In this document: positions 38,899 through 47,314 of the stretch, in pieces
Layout: every line of letters starts with the position of its first letter
Numbering within the stretch: the stretch's first letter is position 1
Assembly: GCA_944412445.1 (NCBI GenBank)
Contig: CALYBJ010000007.1
Location: 3,825 to 67,824, forward strand
DNA: 64,000 nucleotides
Source: an uncultured Clostridia bacterium
GTDB lineage: Bacteria > Bacillota > Clostridia > Oscillospirales > Acutalibacteraceae
Direction: 5' to 3'
The notes under the pieces: model-generated
Told to the model about the DNA's origin: nothing
Databases searched by the model: none
The model's input: the letters and a program-made list of their open reading frames with translations, nothing else
Translations under genes and position numbers: made by a program

Positions 38899-38933
38899 CG
38901 GTCTGTATCATATATGGTACAGACTGTTTTTTT
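38899..38933 (+). terminator. Hairpin plus T-run (terminator of the ywqG-like gene, or a 5' element of spoIIA)
   Basis: The hairpin CGGTCTGTA-(10 nt)-TACAGACTG is followed by TTTTTTT. It ends 25 nt before the spoIIAA ATG. Confidence 0.6.
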
Positions 38934-38958
38934 ATTAAAAAGCATCGGGAGGATAAAA

Positions 38959-39270
38959 ATGCAGATTTTATATAAATCGGAAAAGGATGTTTTAACAGTA
39001 TATTTAGGAGGAGACATTGATCATCATACCTCCAGGGAAATAAGGGAATCCATTGACGGAGAGATATATAAGCTGATGCCGAAAACTCTGCGTCTTGATT
39101 TCCGTGACGTACATTTTATGGACTCGTCGGGAGTGGGTCTTGTTATGGGCAGATACAAAACGGCGCTTGTATACGGATGCAGGGTAACGGTTGCCAATAT
39201 GCCGCCCAATGTTAAAAGGATAATGCAAATGTCGGGGCTTAATAAAATCATAACTTTTGAAAAGGATTGA
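38959..39270 (+). CDS. spoIIAA: Anti-sigma-F factor antagonist SpoIIAA (STAS domain)
   Basis: It has the phosphorylatable serine motif FMDSSGVGLVMG. A GGGAGG RBS precedes ATG 38959. It is followed by spoIIAB and sigF. Confidence 0.9.
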   Translation: MQILYKSEKDVLTVYLGGDIDHHTSREIRESIDGEIYKLMPKTLRLDFRDVHFMDSSGVGLVMGRYKTALVYGCRVTVANMPPNVKRIMQMSGLNKIITFEKD

Positions 39271-39275
39271 TAGAA

Positions 39276-39719
39276 ATGGAAGTAATAAACGAAATGAAAA
39301 TGACCGTTGATCCCAGGTCAGTGAACGAGGGATTCTGCCGTGTGGCGGTAGCGGCTTTCGCGTCTCAGCTTGACCCTACGGTTGAGGAGATATCCGATCT
39401 GAAGACAGCGGTAAGCGAGGCAGTAACTAACTGTATAGTACACGCATACAAGGTTAAGAAAGGAAAAATATACATAACGGCAGCTCTGACCGCAGATAAT
39501 TTCGTAATAGTAAAGGTGCGTGACAGAGGAGTGGGAATTGCCGATGTAAAAAAAGCCAGGGAGCCTTTGTTTACAACAGGGGGCGAAGACAGAAGCGGAC
39601 TGGGATTTTCGGTAATGGAGTGCTTTTCGGACAAGCTGAGAGTAAGCTCAAAAGAGGGGAAAGGCACTGTTGTAACGATATATAAAAAAATACAGGGCAA
39701 GTGTTTTCATGAGCCGTGA
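39276..39719 (+). CDS. spoIIAB: Anti-sigma-F factor SpoIIAB (serine kinase)
   Basis: It has the N-box EAVTNCIVHAY and the G-boxes DRGVGI and GEDRSGLGF. The N-terminus aligns by eye with Bacillus SpoIIAB (..NEM.L.F). Confidence 0.9.
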   Translation: MEVINEMKMTVDPRSVNEGFCRVAVAAFASQLDPTVEEISDLKTAVSEAVTNCIVHAYKVKKGKIYITAALTADNFVIVKVRDRGVGIADVKKAREPLFTTGGEDRSGLGFSVMECFSDKLRVSSKEGKGTVVTIYKKIQGKCFHEP

Positions 39720-40377
39720 CAGAGAAAAGAGAAATAAGATTGTCTCTGAGAATATGGGGCTTGTATATGCCTGCGCTAACAAGTTTAAGGGCAGAGGAAT
39801 AGAATACGAGGATCTTGTGCAGTCCGGGTGCATAGGGCTTGTAAAAGCCGCAGAAGGCTTTGATGAAAGCAGAGGCTTTATGTTTTCCACTTATGCTGTT
39901 CCTGCGATAATCGGGGAAATAAAAAGAATGTTTCGTGACGGGGGAGCGGTAAAGGTAGGACGGAGCGACAAGGAAAAGGCAAGAAATCTTCTGATTCTTA
40001 AAGATGAGCTTGCCGCAAAGCTTAACCGTTCGCCTACAATCGGGGAGCTTGCCTCGGAGTCGGGATACAGTCCCGAGTTTACGAGCCGGCTTTTATGCTC
40101 TGCCATGCCTGTTTTGTCTCTGACGGTTGACGATGATGAAAGAGAAGCCGCCGAAACGGATATAACCGCAGGCGACACAACGGAGGAAATGGGAGATAAG
40201 ATAGCCCTTCAGGCGGCAGTGGAGGACTTGCCTGAAAGGGACAGAAAAATAGTTGAAATGAGGTATTATTCGGGACTGACCCAGACGGTAACAGCAAAGA
40301 AGCTGGGAATGACGCAGGTGCAGGTTTCACGAAGAGAAAAAGTCATATTGAACGAGCTCAGAAAAAAATTAAGCTGA
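39709..40377 (+). CDS. sigF: Sporulation sigma factor SigF
   Basis: It has sigma-70 region 2 (DLVQSGCIGLVKAAEGFD...FSTYAVPAIIGEIKR) and region 4 (TQTVTAKKLGMTQVQVSRREK). It occupies the third position of the spoIIA operon. Confidence 0.9.
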   Translation: MSRDREKRNKIVSENMGLVYACANKFKGRGIEYEDLVQSGCIGLVKAAEGFDESRGFMFSTYAVPAIIGEIKRMFRDGGAVKVGRSDKEKARNLLILKDELAAKLNRSPTIGELASESGYSPEFTSRLLCSAMPVLSLTVDDDEREAAETDITAGDTTEEMGDKIALQAAVEDLPERDRKIVEMRYYSGLTQTVTAKKLGMTQVQVSRREKVILNELRKKLS

Positions 40378-40382
40378 AAAGG

Positions 40383-40412
40383 AAAAAGCCGCAGAGAAAG
40401 CTGCGGCTTTTT
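40383..40412. terminator. Bidirectional terminator between sigF and the convergent M28 peptidase gene
   Basis: The hairpin AGCCGCAG-AGAAAG-CTGCGGCT is flanked by AAAAA and TTTTT. Confidence 0.8.
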
Positions 40413-40426
40413 CAATATATATGTTA

Positions 40427-41737
40427 TTATTTCTCTTCGGTATCTTCGCCGGCAAAATTAAGAATAGATGAAAGAATAATGTTATAGCCTGCTTCGATTG
40501 CCTTGGGATTAAGCTTTTCGCCGGTATCTCTTCTGTTGTGGTAATATTCAGCAGGAGAGGGATCCATAGCGGCAAGACAAGTTGCGGGAATACCCGCCTG
40601 AGTAAAGGCGGCAGCGTCGGAGGAGCCGAAAAATACATTTGCGAATTTAAGATCGTGATGACCGGCTTCCTTGGCGGAGTCCATAACAAGCTGACAGAAA
40701 TCCTGATCGTGTTTTACCGTTCCGGTCATATCTCTGTTGTAAACATTGAGATATTCAATATCCGTAAGAGTATCAACGCAGAGAACAGCAGTATCGACGC
40801 CGGATTCAACAAATTCCTTGTAATGATCCTTGGCGTACTGCTTAGCGCCTCTGAGACCGGCTTCTTCTCCGTCGGTAATCATACATACAACATCTGTATT
40901 TTTAAATTTTATTCCGGCGTCGTCAAGCATTTTAAGAGCCGAAGCGGCGGCAAGAGTACCTGTCAGGTTATCGTTAGCGCCGGGAACGACCGTATCGAAG
41001 TCAACAAAAAGGAACAAGGTAATCATGTTGAGAAGCGTGAAGAAATGGAACAGGTAACCCTTGTCCGTAAGGAAGCGAGCCGGAGCGCCTTTAGCATTTT
41101 TAGAAGCGAGTACACAGGCGAGAACAGAGGTTACGGCGCTGATAGCGGAAGAACCGATTGTCATTCCCATAAGGGGGGCCATAAGCTTGCCGTTGCCGTA
41201 ATAGATATGGCGCCATTCGTAAGCCGAGTCGATATGACCGTTAATAATAATGCGTTTTTTTGTTTCCTCTGTAGCTTTTCTTGTGGCAATGAGATTTCTT
41301 CCTGTAACCTTTTTGTAGAATACGTCGCAGAATTCCTTATACAGCAGAAATTCCATAGCGGTAATAAAGAGTCCGCCGCAAGTAGCAGCAGCAACAAGAG
41401 CATGAGGAACAACGGGCTTTTTTGCGAATTTAGCCAGAGCGCCCAGCTTTTCAGGCTTAACATATTTAAAAATACCGCCTAAGGCAGTGGCGCCGATAAC
41501 CCCTGCGCTGACAGTTTTAGTAAAGTGAAGAAAAGCCTTGGGAGCCATTTTGTATTCTTCGTAATGAGTTTCGTCGGCATATTTTTCAAGGTCTTTTCTT
41601 AAAAGCTCCTGAGCTTCAAAAGCCTCTTTGCTGCCGGATTCTCTGGGACCGATGGTATTGATTATCTCGTGAATTTTGTTTACGGAATAATCAACGCTGT
41701 CGGAAATGATTTTCTTGTTAATTTTTGAAAATTTCAT
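40427..41737 (-). CDS. M28-family metallopeptidase with membrane segments
   Basis: It has the metal-ligand blocks GHIDSAYEW, ANDNLTGT and DGEEAGLRGA, plus several hydrophobic helices. I prefer the second ATG (41737) because its spacing to GGAG is better than for 41743. Confidence 0.75.
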   Translation of the reverse strand: MKFSKINKKIISDSVDYSVNKIHEIINTIGPRESGSKEAFEAQELLRKDLEKYADETHYEEYKMAPKAFLHFTKTVSAGVIGATALGGIFKYVKPEKLGALAKFAKKPVVPHALVAAATCGGLFITAMEFLLYKEFCDVFYKKVTGRNLIATRKATEETKKRIIINGHIDSAYEWRHIYYGNGKLMAPLMGMTIGSSAISAVTSVLACVLASKNAKGAPARFLTDKGYLFHFFTLLNMITLFLFVDFDTVVPGANDNLTGTLAAASALKMLDDAGIKFKNTDVVCMITDGEEAGLRGAKQYAKDHYKEFVESGVDTAVLCVDTLTDIEYLNVYNRDMTGTVKHDQDFCQLVMDSAKEAGHHDLKFANVFFGSSDAAAFTQAGIPATCLAAMDPSPAEYYHNRRDTGEKLNPKAIEAGYNIILSSILNFAGEDTEEK

Positions 41738-42068
41738 CTGCATAACTCCAAATAAAAAAACTTCATAAAATGTTAAAGGCGTGTGTGTGAAATATTTAAC
41801 ATAATATATTTTAAATTTTACACAATTTTAATACATAAGTCAATAGAATAACAAATATATGTTTAAAACATAAGTAAATGTTAAAGATTTCTTAAAAAAT
41901 AAAAACAAAAAAATACTTCAAAAAACGCCGGAATAAAGCGTTAAATGAAATCTCCGTTGACTTCTGTTAAATTGTAAAATATTTATACCATATAAATCCG
42001 TTGAAGTAAATGTATAAAGATACAAAAAACCAAGAAAAAATAAAGTAAAATAAGTTGAAAGATACATA

Positions 42069-42096
42069 TTGACAAACCGAAAAAATTTGATATAAT
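42069..42096 (+). promoter_or_regulatory. Near-consensus sigma-A promoter of the tRNA-Ala gene
   Basis: It has TTGACA (42069-42074), a 16-nt spacer ending in TG (extended -10) and TATAAT (42091-42096). The tRNA 5' end lies 13 nt downstream. Confidence 0.7.
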
Positions 42097-42108
42097 AAAT
42101 ACTGTTAA

Positions 42109-42184
<76 letters not shown>

Positions 42185-42191
42185 AATAAAA

Positions 42192-42237
42192 ACACCTGCA
42201 AACCGTTATTTTTGCGGCTGGCGGGTGTTTTTTTTGT
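42192..42237 (+). terminator. Terminator after tRNA-Ala
   Basis: A long imperfect hairpin (CACCTGCAAACCG ... CGGCTGGCGGGTG) is followed by TTTTTTTTG. Confidence 0.7.
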
Positions 42238-42313
42238 TTAACTGAAAACTGACTCCGAAAAGACGGAATCAGCTCAGTCATTATGGTTATACTTTCATAT
42301 ACTATTTTTAGGG

Positions 42314-42877
42314 TTATTTTAAAAGCCGGGAAATCATTGCCGCAGCTTCGGTAACAGGCTCGCCGTTTATAAGAGCCGCAGTGCCGTATGAAAGAACGGA
42401 AACTATAACACCGGCAATAAATACGCCTAATGCGATAAGGGGCACGGCTCTTTTAATGTCAATTTCAAGGAGAGCCGCAAAAAGCGCGCCTGTCCAGGCT
42501 CCGGTGCCCGGAAGAGGAATTGCCACGAAAATCAGCAGTCCCCATTGCTTATAGCGCATGATTTTGTCTTTGTTTCTTTCGGTTTTAGCTTCAAGCTTAG
42601 TTATAATTTTACTGAAAAACTTATACCTTCTTAAAAATTCAAAAATCTTTTTAATAAAAAGGATAATAAACGGAACGGGAATTATGTTGCCGATAAAGCA
42701 AATGATAAACGCTTTCCACAGGGGAATGTTAAGAAGCACCGCGGCGATAAGACCGCCTCTCAGTTCAAGTATGGGCAGCAGGGAGATAATAAAAATCGTA
42801 AGCTCCCCGGGGATTTTGTCGCCGAAAAGTTCAACAAAAAAATTAGCTAATGTTTCAGCCAGAGTACTCAGCTCCAA
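42314..42877 (-). CDS. Small multidrug-export-family membrane protein (COG2426-like)
   Basis: It has LPILELRGGLIAA, which is typical of the family, and a glycine-rich PGTGAWTGA. The start codon is uncertain (TTG at 42877, with no clear RBS). Confidence 0.6.
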   Translation of the reverse strand: MELSTLAETLANFFVELFGDKIPGELTIFIISLLPILELRGGLIAAVLLNIPLWKAFIICFIGNIIPVPFIILFIKKIFEFLRRYKFFSKIITKLEAKTERNKDKIMRYKQWGLLIFVAIPLPGTGAWTGALFAALLEIDIKRAVPLIALGVFIAGVIVSVLSYGTAALINGEPVTEAAAMISRLLK

Positions 42878-42891
42878 TCAAAAAAATTTAA

Positions 42892-43626
42892 TTATTTATA
42901 TCCATGCGAAGTAAGAAATTCGCTTGCGGATACCAAAATGGTTTTGTCGTTTTCAAACTTCAGTGTGTTATAGGCGTTTTCGTAGTCAAGCCAGATATAA
43001 TCTTCAATTTCTTCCTTTTGTATAACGGTTTTTGTGTCTGTTGTTGTTGCAAGGAAAATCGTGACGCACTTTTCCACTCGTCCGGCAATTTTATATTCCG
43101 AGTTATTGCTGAATCCGTCGATAATGGAAATATGAACGCCTGTTTCTTCAAGAACCTCTCGTTTTGCGGTTTGTTCTTTTGTTTCGCCGCGCTCAATATG
43201 ACCCTTGGGGAAGCCCCAGTGATTGCTGCGCTTGTTTTTTATGAGAAGTATTTTTTTTGTATCACCGATATTTCTGAAAACAATAGCTCCGCAGGAGCTT
43301 TCATAAAGACACTCAAGAGAAAAGCTCTTGTTTTTTTCCAAAAATTTAATTGCGTCCTCAATTTCAAAGTTAATATATCTTGATTTTTTAGGAGCCACAA
43401 CAATATAATTAGGTCTTTTGTCCTGATGTCTGACAACAGCGATGATTCTGCCCTCGAAAATATTGACCGGGTGATTAATCCCCATAACACAGGCGGAGTA
43501 GATAAAAGATTTTTTTTCTGTTTTGATTTCGGCAACGCCGAAGTTCAGAAGATACCTGATGTTGTTTTTGCTGTCAAAGAAATTAAAGGGCTTGGTAATT
43601 CTAACTCTGACTATTTTACCCAACAT
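42892..43626 (-). CDS. NUDIX hydrolase with an uncharacterised ~105-aa N-terminal domain
   Basis: The Nudix box is GFPKGHIERGETKEQTAKREVLEETGV. I do not recognise the N-terminal part. Confidence 0.75.
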   Translation of the reverse strand: MLGKIVRVRITKPFNFFDSKNNIRYLLNFGVAEIKTEKKSFIYSACVMGINHPVNIFEGRIIAVVRHQDKRPNYIVVAPKKSRYINFEIEDAIKFLEKNKSFSLECLYESSCGAIVFRNIGDTKKILLIKNKRSNHWGFPKGHIERGETKEQTAKREVLEETGVHISIIDGFSNNSEYKIAGRVEKCVTIFLATTTDTKTVIQKEEIEDYIWLDYENAYNTLKFENDKTILVSASEFLTSHGYK

Positions 43627-43753
43627 ATCTTATTTCTTCCTATCACATATACTGAACTAATTATACATGATTTTTATATATGTTGCAAGGTTTTTTTTAT
43701 ATAAACAAAGGACATAAATTATAAATTTTTTTACAAATCAGATAAAAATAATT

Positions 43754-43790
43754 AAAAAAAATCCGGCACAGAAAAACTGCGCCGGAAAAA
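43754..43790 (-). terminator. Rho-independent terminator of the SDR/zinc-ribbon gene
   Basis: On the minus strand the hairpin TCCGGCGC-(loop)-GTGCCGGA is followed by TTTTTTTT. Confidence 0.7.
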
Positions 43791-43811
43791 ATACATATTT
43801 AAAGATGAAAA

Positions 43812-45356
43812 TTATCTTTTCTTTTCCCAACCGTCAAAGATTTCGTCAAACACATAAACATTGTGCTCGTCTTTGTCGTGGTCGGCGTACCAAACCTGAG
43901 CGAAGAAGGGATTTGTCTTGGCAACCTCGTCATAGTTCCATTTTTCAGTGGGAACGAAGCACTTGGGACACCAGTGACCGCCCTTAAGGATAAGTGTGGG
44001 GCTTGCGTCGAATTCCTCGCCGCAGGTGCCGCATTTCCATTTGAGCTTAGTTGTCATATCGCCCTTTGTCATCTTCTTGCTTAAGCACTTGCCGCCTCTG
44101 AACTCTGCGGCAGCCTTCATATCTGCAAGGTCAAGCTCTGAAGTGGGCTTGCTTTCATCGTAGCCGTGGTCAAGCTTGAACTCTTCAGCGGCTGCAATTT
44201 TCTTTTCGGGGCTCTTAAGCTCGAACATTGACCAGTATCCGCCGATCTTCTGCCAATCCTCGTATGTGCCGTAGTAAGCGGAAATTCTCTGAGGATCCTT
44301 GTTCTTTATCCAGTCAAGAGTACCCCACTTGGGAGTTTCCGCAATCTTCTTCATAAAGGGCTTAGCGCATTTTGCAATAAGCTTCTTTGTGGGAATATAT
44401 TTGGGAATACGGAAGTAGAATTCAACCTGCTCGGCAAGTCTGTCGAAATACATTTCAACAGGAAGATTCTCACGGAAGTGAAGATATTCTTCAAGCTTGT
44501 CGCTGTCTGCATAATACTGACCGTGGAAGTTTTTAAGTGTGAACCAGTTAGGATCGAAAAGCTCTTTGGGATCGCCGAGACCTATGCAGCCAAGGAGAAG
44601 CTTTTCAAATTCGTAGTTGGTAAGTCTGTATTCCTTACCTGAACCGATGTTGTAGAAGCTGTTCCAGAATTCGTCGGGAAGATCTTCGGCAGTAACAAGG
44701 TTGCACATAAGTCTGCCGGAGTCTTCAACAGTTGCCCATTCAAGCATACCGTTAAGAGGAACGTGATACATGATAGGCTCCATGTTATGAAGAAGAGCGG
44801 GATAAAGGATACCTGACTGACGCATAACAACCCATTTTTTGATGCCGCTTTCAACGAAAGTTCTTTCAGCGATGGTCTTTGATACTGCGTAGTGGTCATA
44901 GATTGAAATTTTAATGGGATCTCCGCAGCGGCCCCAGTGGATAGGATAGTTTCTTCCGCCTGTTTCGGCAACTGTACCTATGTAGCATACCTTGATGTCA
45001 TCAGCGTTGGGCTGAGCGAGAACAGCCTTTGTGATGTATTCTGCAGCGGTAGTATTTGTTTTAAGAGTTGTGTAGGGCTTGTAGTCGGCAGCAGGAGAAA
45101 CCATGCCTCCGATATGAAGCACATAGTCAGCGCCTGTAATGCCTTCAAGGATTGAATCATAATCAAGAAGATCGCCCCAAACGATTTTAACATTGGGATA
45201 TGAAAGATAATCCTTTAAAAGCTCGAAGTTTTTCTTGCTTTTTCTTGCTAAAAGGCGGATGTTGATTTCATTCGGCTTTTTAAGCATTTCCTGAAAAGCT
45301 GCCCAGCCCATTGTGCCGGTGCCGCCTGTCATAAATACTGTTTTCTTTTGTGACAT
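43812..45356 (-). CDS. Extended-SDR (NAD-dependent epimerase/dehydratase-like) protein fused to a C-terminal Cys4 zinc-ribbon region
   Basis: It has the Rossmann motif VFMTGGTGTMGWAA and the catalytic YAVSK. The C-terminus has KWKCGTCGEEF...GGHWCPKC. A GGAGGG RBS lies upstream. Confidence 0.7.
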   Translation of the reverse strand: MSQKKTVFMTGGTGTMGWAAFQEMLKKPNEINIRLLARKSKKNFELLKDYLSYPNVKIVWGDLLDYDSILEGITGADYVLHIGGMVSPAADYKPYTTLKTNTTAAEYITKAVLAQPNADDIKVCYIGTVAETGGRNYPIHWGRCGDPIKISIYDHYAVSKTIAERTFVESGIKKWVVMRQSGILYPALLHNMEPIMYHVPLNGMLEWATVEDSGRLMCNLVTAEDLPDEFWNSFYNIGSGKEYRLTNYEFEKLLLGCIGLGDPKELFDPNWFTLKNFHGQYYADSDKLEEYLHFRENLPVEMYFDRLAEQVEFYFRIPKYIPTKKLIAKCAKPFMKKIAETPKWGTLDWIKNKDPQRISAYYGTYEDWQKIGGYWSMFELKSPEKKIAAAEEFKLDHGYDESKPTSELDLADMKAAAEFRGGKCLSKKMTKGDMTTKLKWKCGTCGEEFDASPTLILKGGHWCPKCFVPTEKWNYDEVAKTNPFFAQVWYADHDKDEHNVYVFDEIFDGWEKKR

Positions 45357-45509
45357 TTACATTCCCTCCATGAGTGGATATTTTTAACCTTAATAATTAT
45401 ACTACATACTTATATGTAAATTGTTATGAGTTTTTTAACAAACTCATATTTTTATTAACAATTTGTTAACAGCGGTAAAAAAATTACAAAATTTCAGAGG
45501 ATATTGTTT

Positions 45510-46280
45510 TTAATCAGTTGAAAATTCCTGTTTTTGAACGCCGTTGCTGTCGATTATGTAGTTTTCGGAAAAAATAAGCTTTCCCACAGGAACGGAAACA
45601 AGCCCGTTTTCTTTTAAAAAATCGAGAACGGCGGGAAGCGCTTCGGCAGTATGGGCGGTTCCGGTATGGAACTGAATAACAGAGCCTTTTTGAATTTTTG
45701 AAGTAACTCTTTTGTAAATTTCCTCTGCTGAAATATTTTTCCAGTCCAGAGAATCCGTATCCCACTGAATTGAAAACATATTAAGCTCCTGGGCTGCGCT
45801 TATAGTTTTGTTGTCATAGCTTCCTGACGGCGCCCTGAAAAGAGAAGGTGTTTTTCCCGTAATTCGCTTTACCGTTTCATTGCATTTTTGAATGTCAAGA
45901 ATTATTTGCTCCGAAGACAGGGAGGGCATATCCTTATGGGAGTAGGAGTGGTTGCCCAGCTCATGGCCGGCTTCGGAAATTTTAAGAACATATTCCTCAT
46001 TCTTGTCAGCCCATGTTCCCAAAATAAAAAAAGTTGATTTAATATTGTAGGCTTCAAGAATTGAAAGAATTTTGTCAATGTCATCGCCGCCGTCAGCGCA
46101 GTTAAAGGTTACTGCAACTCTGTTGTCCTGAGTGTCAACTCTGTAAACAGGCAGCAGCCTTGTCTGGGCTGAAACGGTATCCGTAATTTTGCTTGCCGCG
46201 AAAAGAACGCAGCCGCAGACTGTTAAAATAATAAAAGCTACAAGTAAAATTGATTTAAGTTTAAAAGAAAAAATTTTCAA
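45510..46280 (-). CDS. Polysaccharide deacetylase (NodB homology domain), membrane-anchored or secreted
   Basis: It has the HSYSH metal motif and RAPSG, and an N-terminal hydrophobic anchor. I prefer the TTG at 46280 with a GAAAGGGG RBS. The ORF-track start at 46364 would overlap the upstream gene. Confidence 0.78.
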   Translation of the reverse strand: MKIFSFKLKSILLVAFIILTVCGCVLFAASKITDTVSAQTRLLPVYRVDTQDNRVAVTFNCADGGDDIDKILSILEAYNIKSTFFILGTWADKNEEYVLKISEAGHELGNHSYSHKDMPSLSSEQIILDIQKCNETVKRITGKTPSLFRAPSGSYDNKTISAAQELNMFSIQWDTDSLDWKNISAEEIYKRVTSKIQKGSVIQFHTGTAHTAEALPAVLDFLKENGLVSVPVGKLIFSENYIIDSNGVQKQEFSTD

Positions 46281-46356
46281 AATAAACGCCCCTTTCCCGT
46301 AAAAATTTATGTGGGAAAAGGGGTAATTATTAATATTTAGGAATTTTGCGATAGGT

Positions 46357-47298
46357 TTACACAAAATCGCCTTGAATGTTTTTATTCATCCAGTTTAAAA
46401 TGTCCTCATAAATATAGGAATAATCGTCTTCGTTAAGGATTTCGTGACGAAGACCGGGGTAAAGCATCATATCCACATTAACTCCTATGTCTTCCAGCTT
46501 GTCGCAGAGCTTAATAACGCCCTTACCGAAAAAACCGACGGGATCTTTTGCGCCTGACGCAAGAAAGACGGGAAGAAAAGCGGGAAATTCGCTGAACCAT
46601 TCATCGGAAGAGCATTTAAGAGCCAGTTTTATAACATTGGCAGCGCTGGCGTTTGTAATGGGAAAGTCAAAATACGGATCAACCTCGGCTTCCTGACGGT
46701 TTTCCTTGCTTACGGAAAGCCATGCGCTTTCATCGTCCTCCTTGTAATATCTTGAAGTAAGCTTGCCCATAATTTCGCTGCCCTTATAGGAATATTTTTC
46801 TTTTCCCATAAAATCAGCGATTACATCTGCATAATCTCTTAATTCGGAAATTTTTCCGCCTATCTGAGCAGTCCCGCACAAAATAAGCCCTGCTATATCG
46901 TCGCCGAAGTTAACGGCGTAAATTCTTGCAAGGAAGGAACCCATATCGTGGCCTAAAAGGAAGAAAGGAATATACGGATACCGTTTTCTCATTATATTGT
47001 GGAGAACGTGCATATCGTCAACCATTCTTATTCCTGCGTCGGGAGCGCCGAAGTCTCCCAGCTCCTCCATGGATTTTACCGATTTTCCGTGGCCGATATG
47101 GTCGCTGCCGCAGACGACAAAGCCCTTTTGGGCAAGGAACCTTGCGAAGCGGTCGTATCTGTTAATGTGATCGGTAAGACCCGGAGCTATCTGCAAAAGG
47201 GCTGCGGGTTCATTTTCGCTGTCCTTCCAAATTAGAGTTCTGATAAGGGATTTATTATCTGTTGAATGAAAAAAAGCCTGAGTTTTTATAATCGCCAT
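46357..47298 (-). CDS. Alpha/beta hydrolase (lysophospholipase/monoglyceride-lipase-like fold) with Asp at the nucleophile-elbow position
   Basis: It has a D.IGHGKS block, the elbow FLLGHDMGSF, an acid candidate in SGAKDPV and His in GLRHEI. Confidence 0.7.
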   Translation of the reverse strand: MAIIKTQAFFHSTDNKSLIRTLIWKDSENEPAALLQIAPGLTDHINRYDRFARFLAQKGFVVCGSDHIGHGKSVKSMEELGDFGAPDAGIRMVDDMHVLHNIMRKRYPYIPFFLLGHDMGSFLARIYAVNFGDDIAGLILCGTAQIGGKISELRDYADVIADFMGKEKYSYKGSEIMGKLTSRYYKEDDESAWLSVSKENRQEAEVDPYFDFPITNASAANVIKLALKCSSDEWFSEFPAFLPVFLASGAKDPVGFFGKGVIKLCDKLEDIGVNVDMMLYPGLRHEILNEDDYSYIYEDILNWMNKNIQGDFV

Positions 47299-47314
47299 TT
47301 AAGTTAGATGCCCC

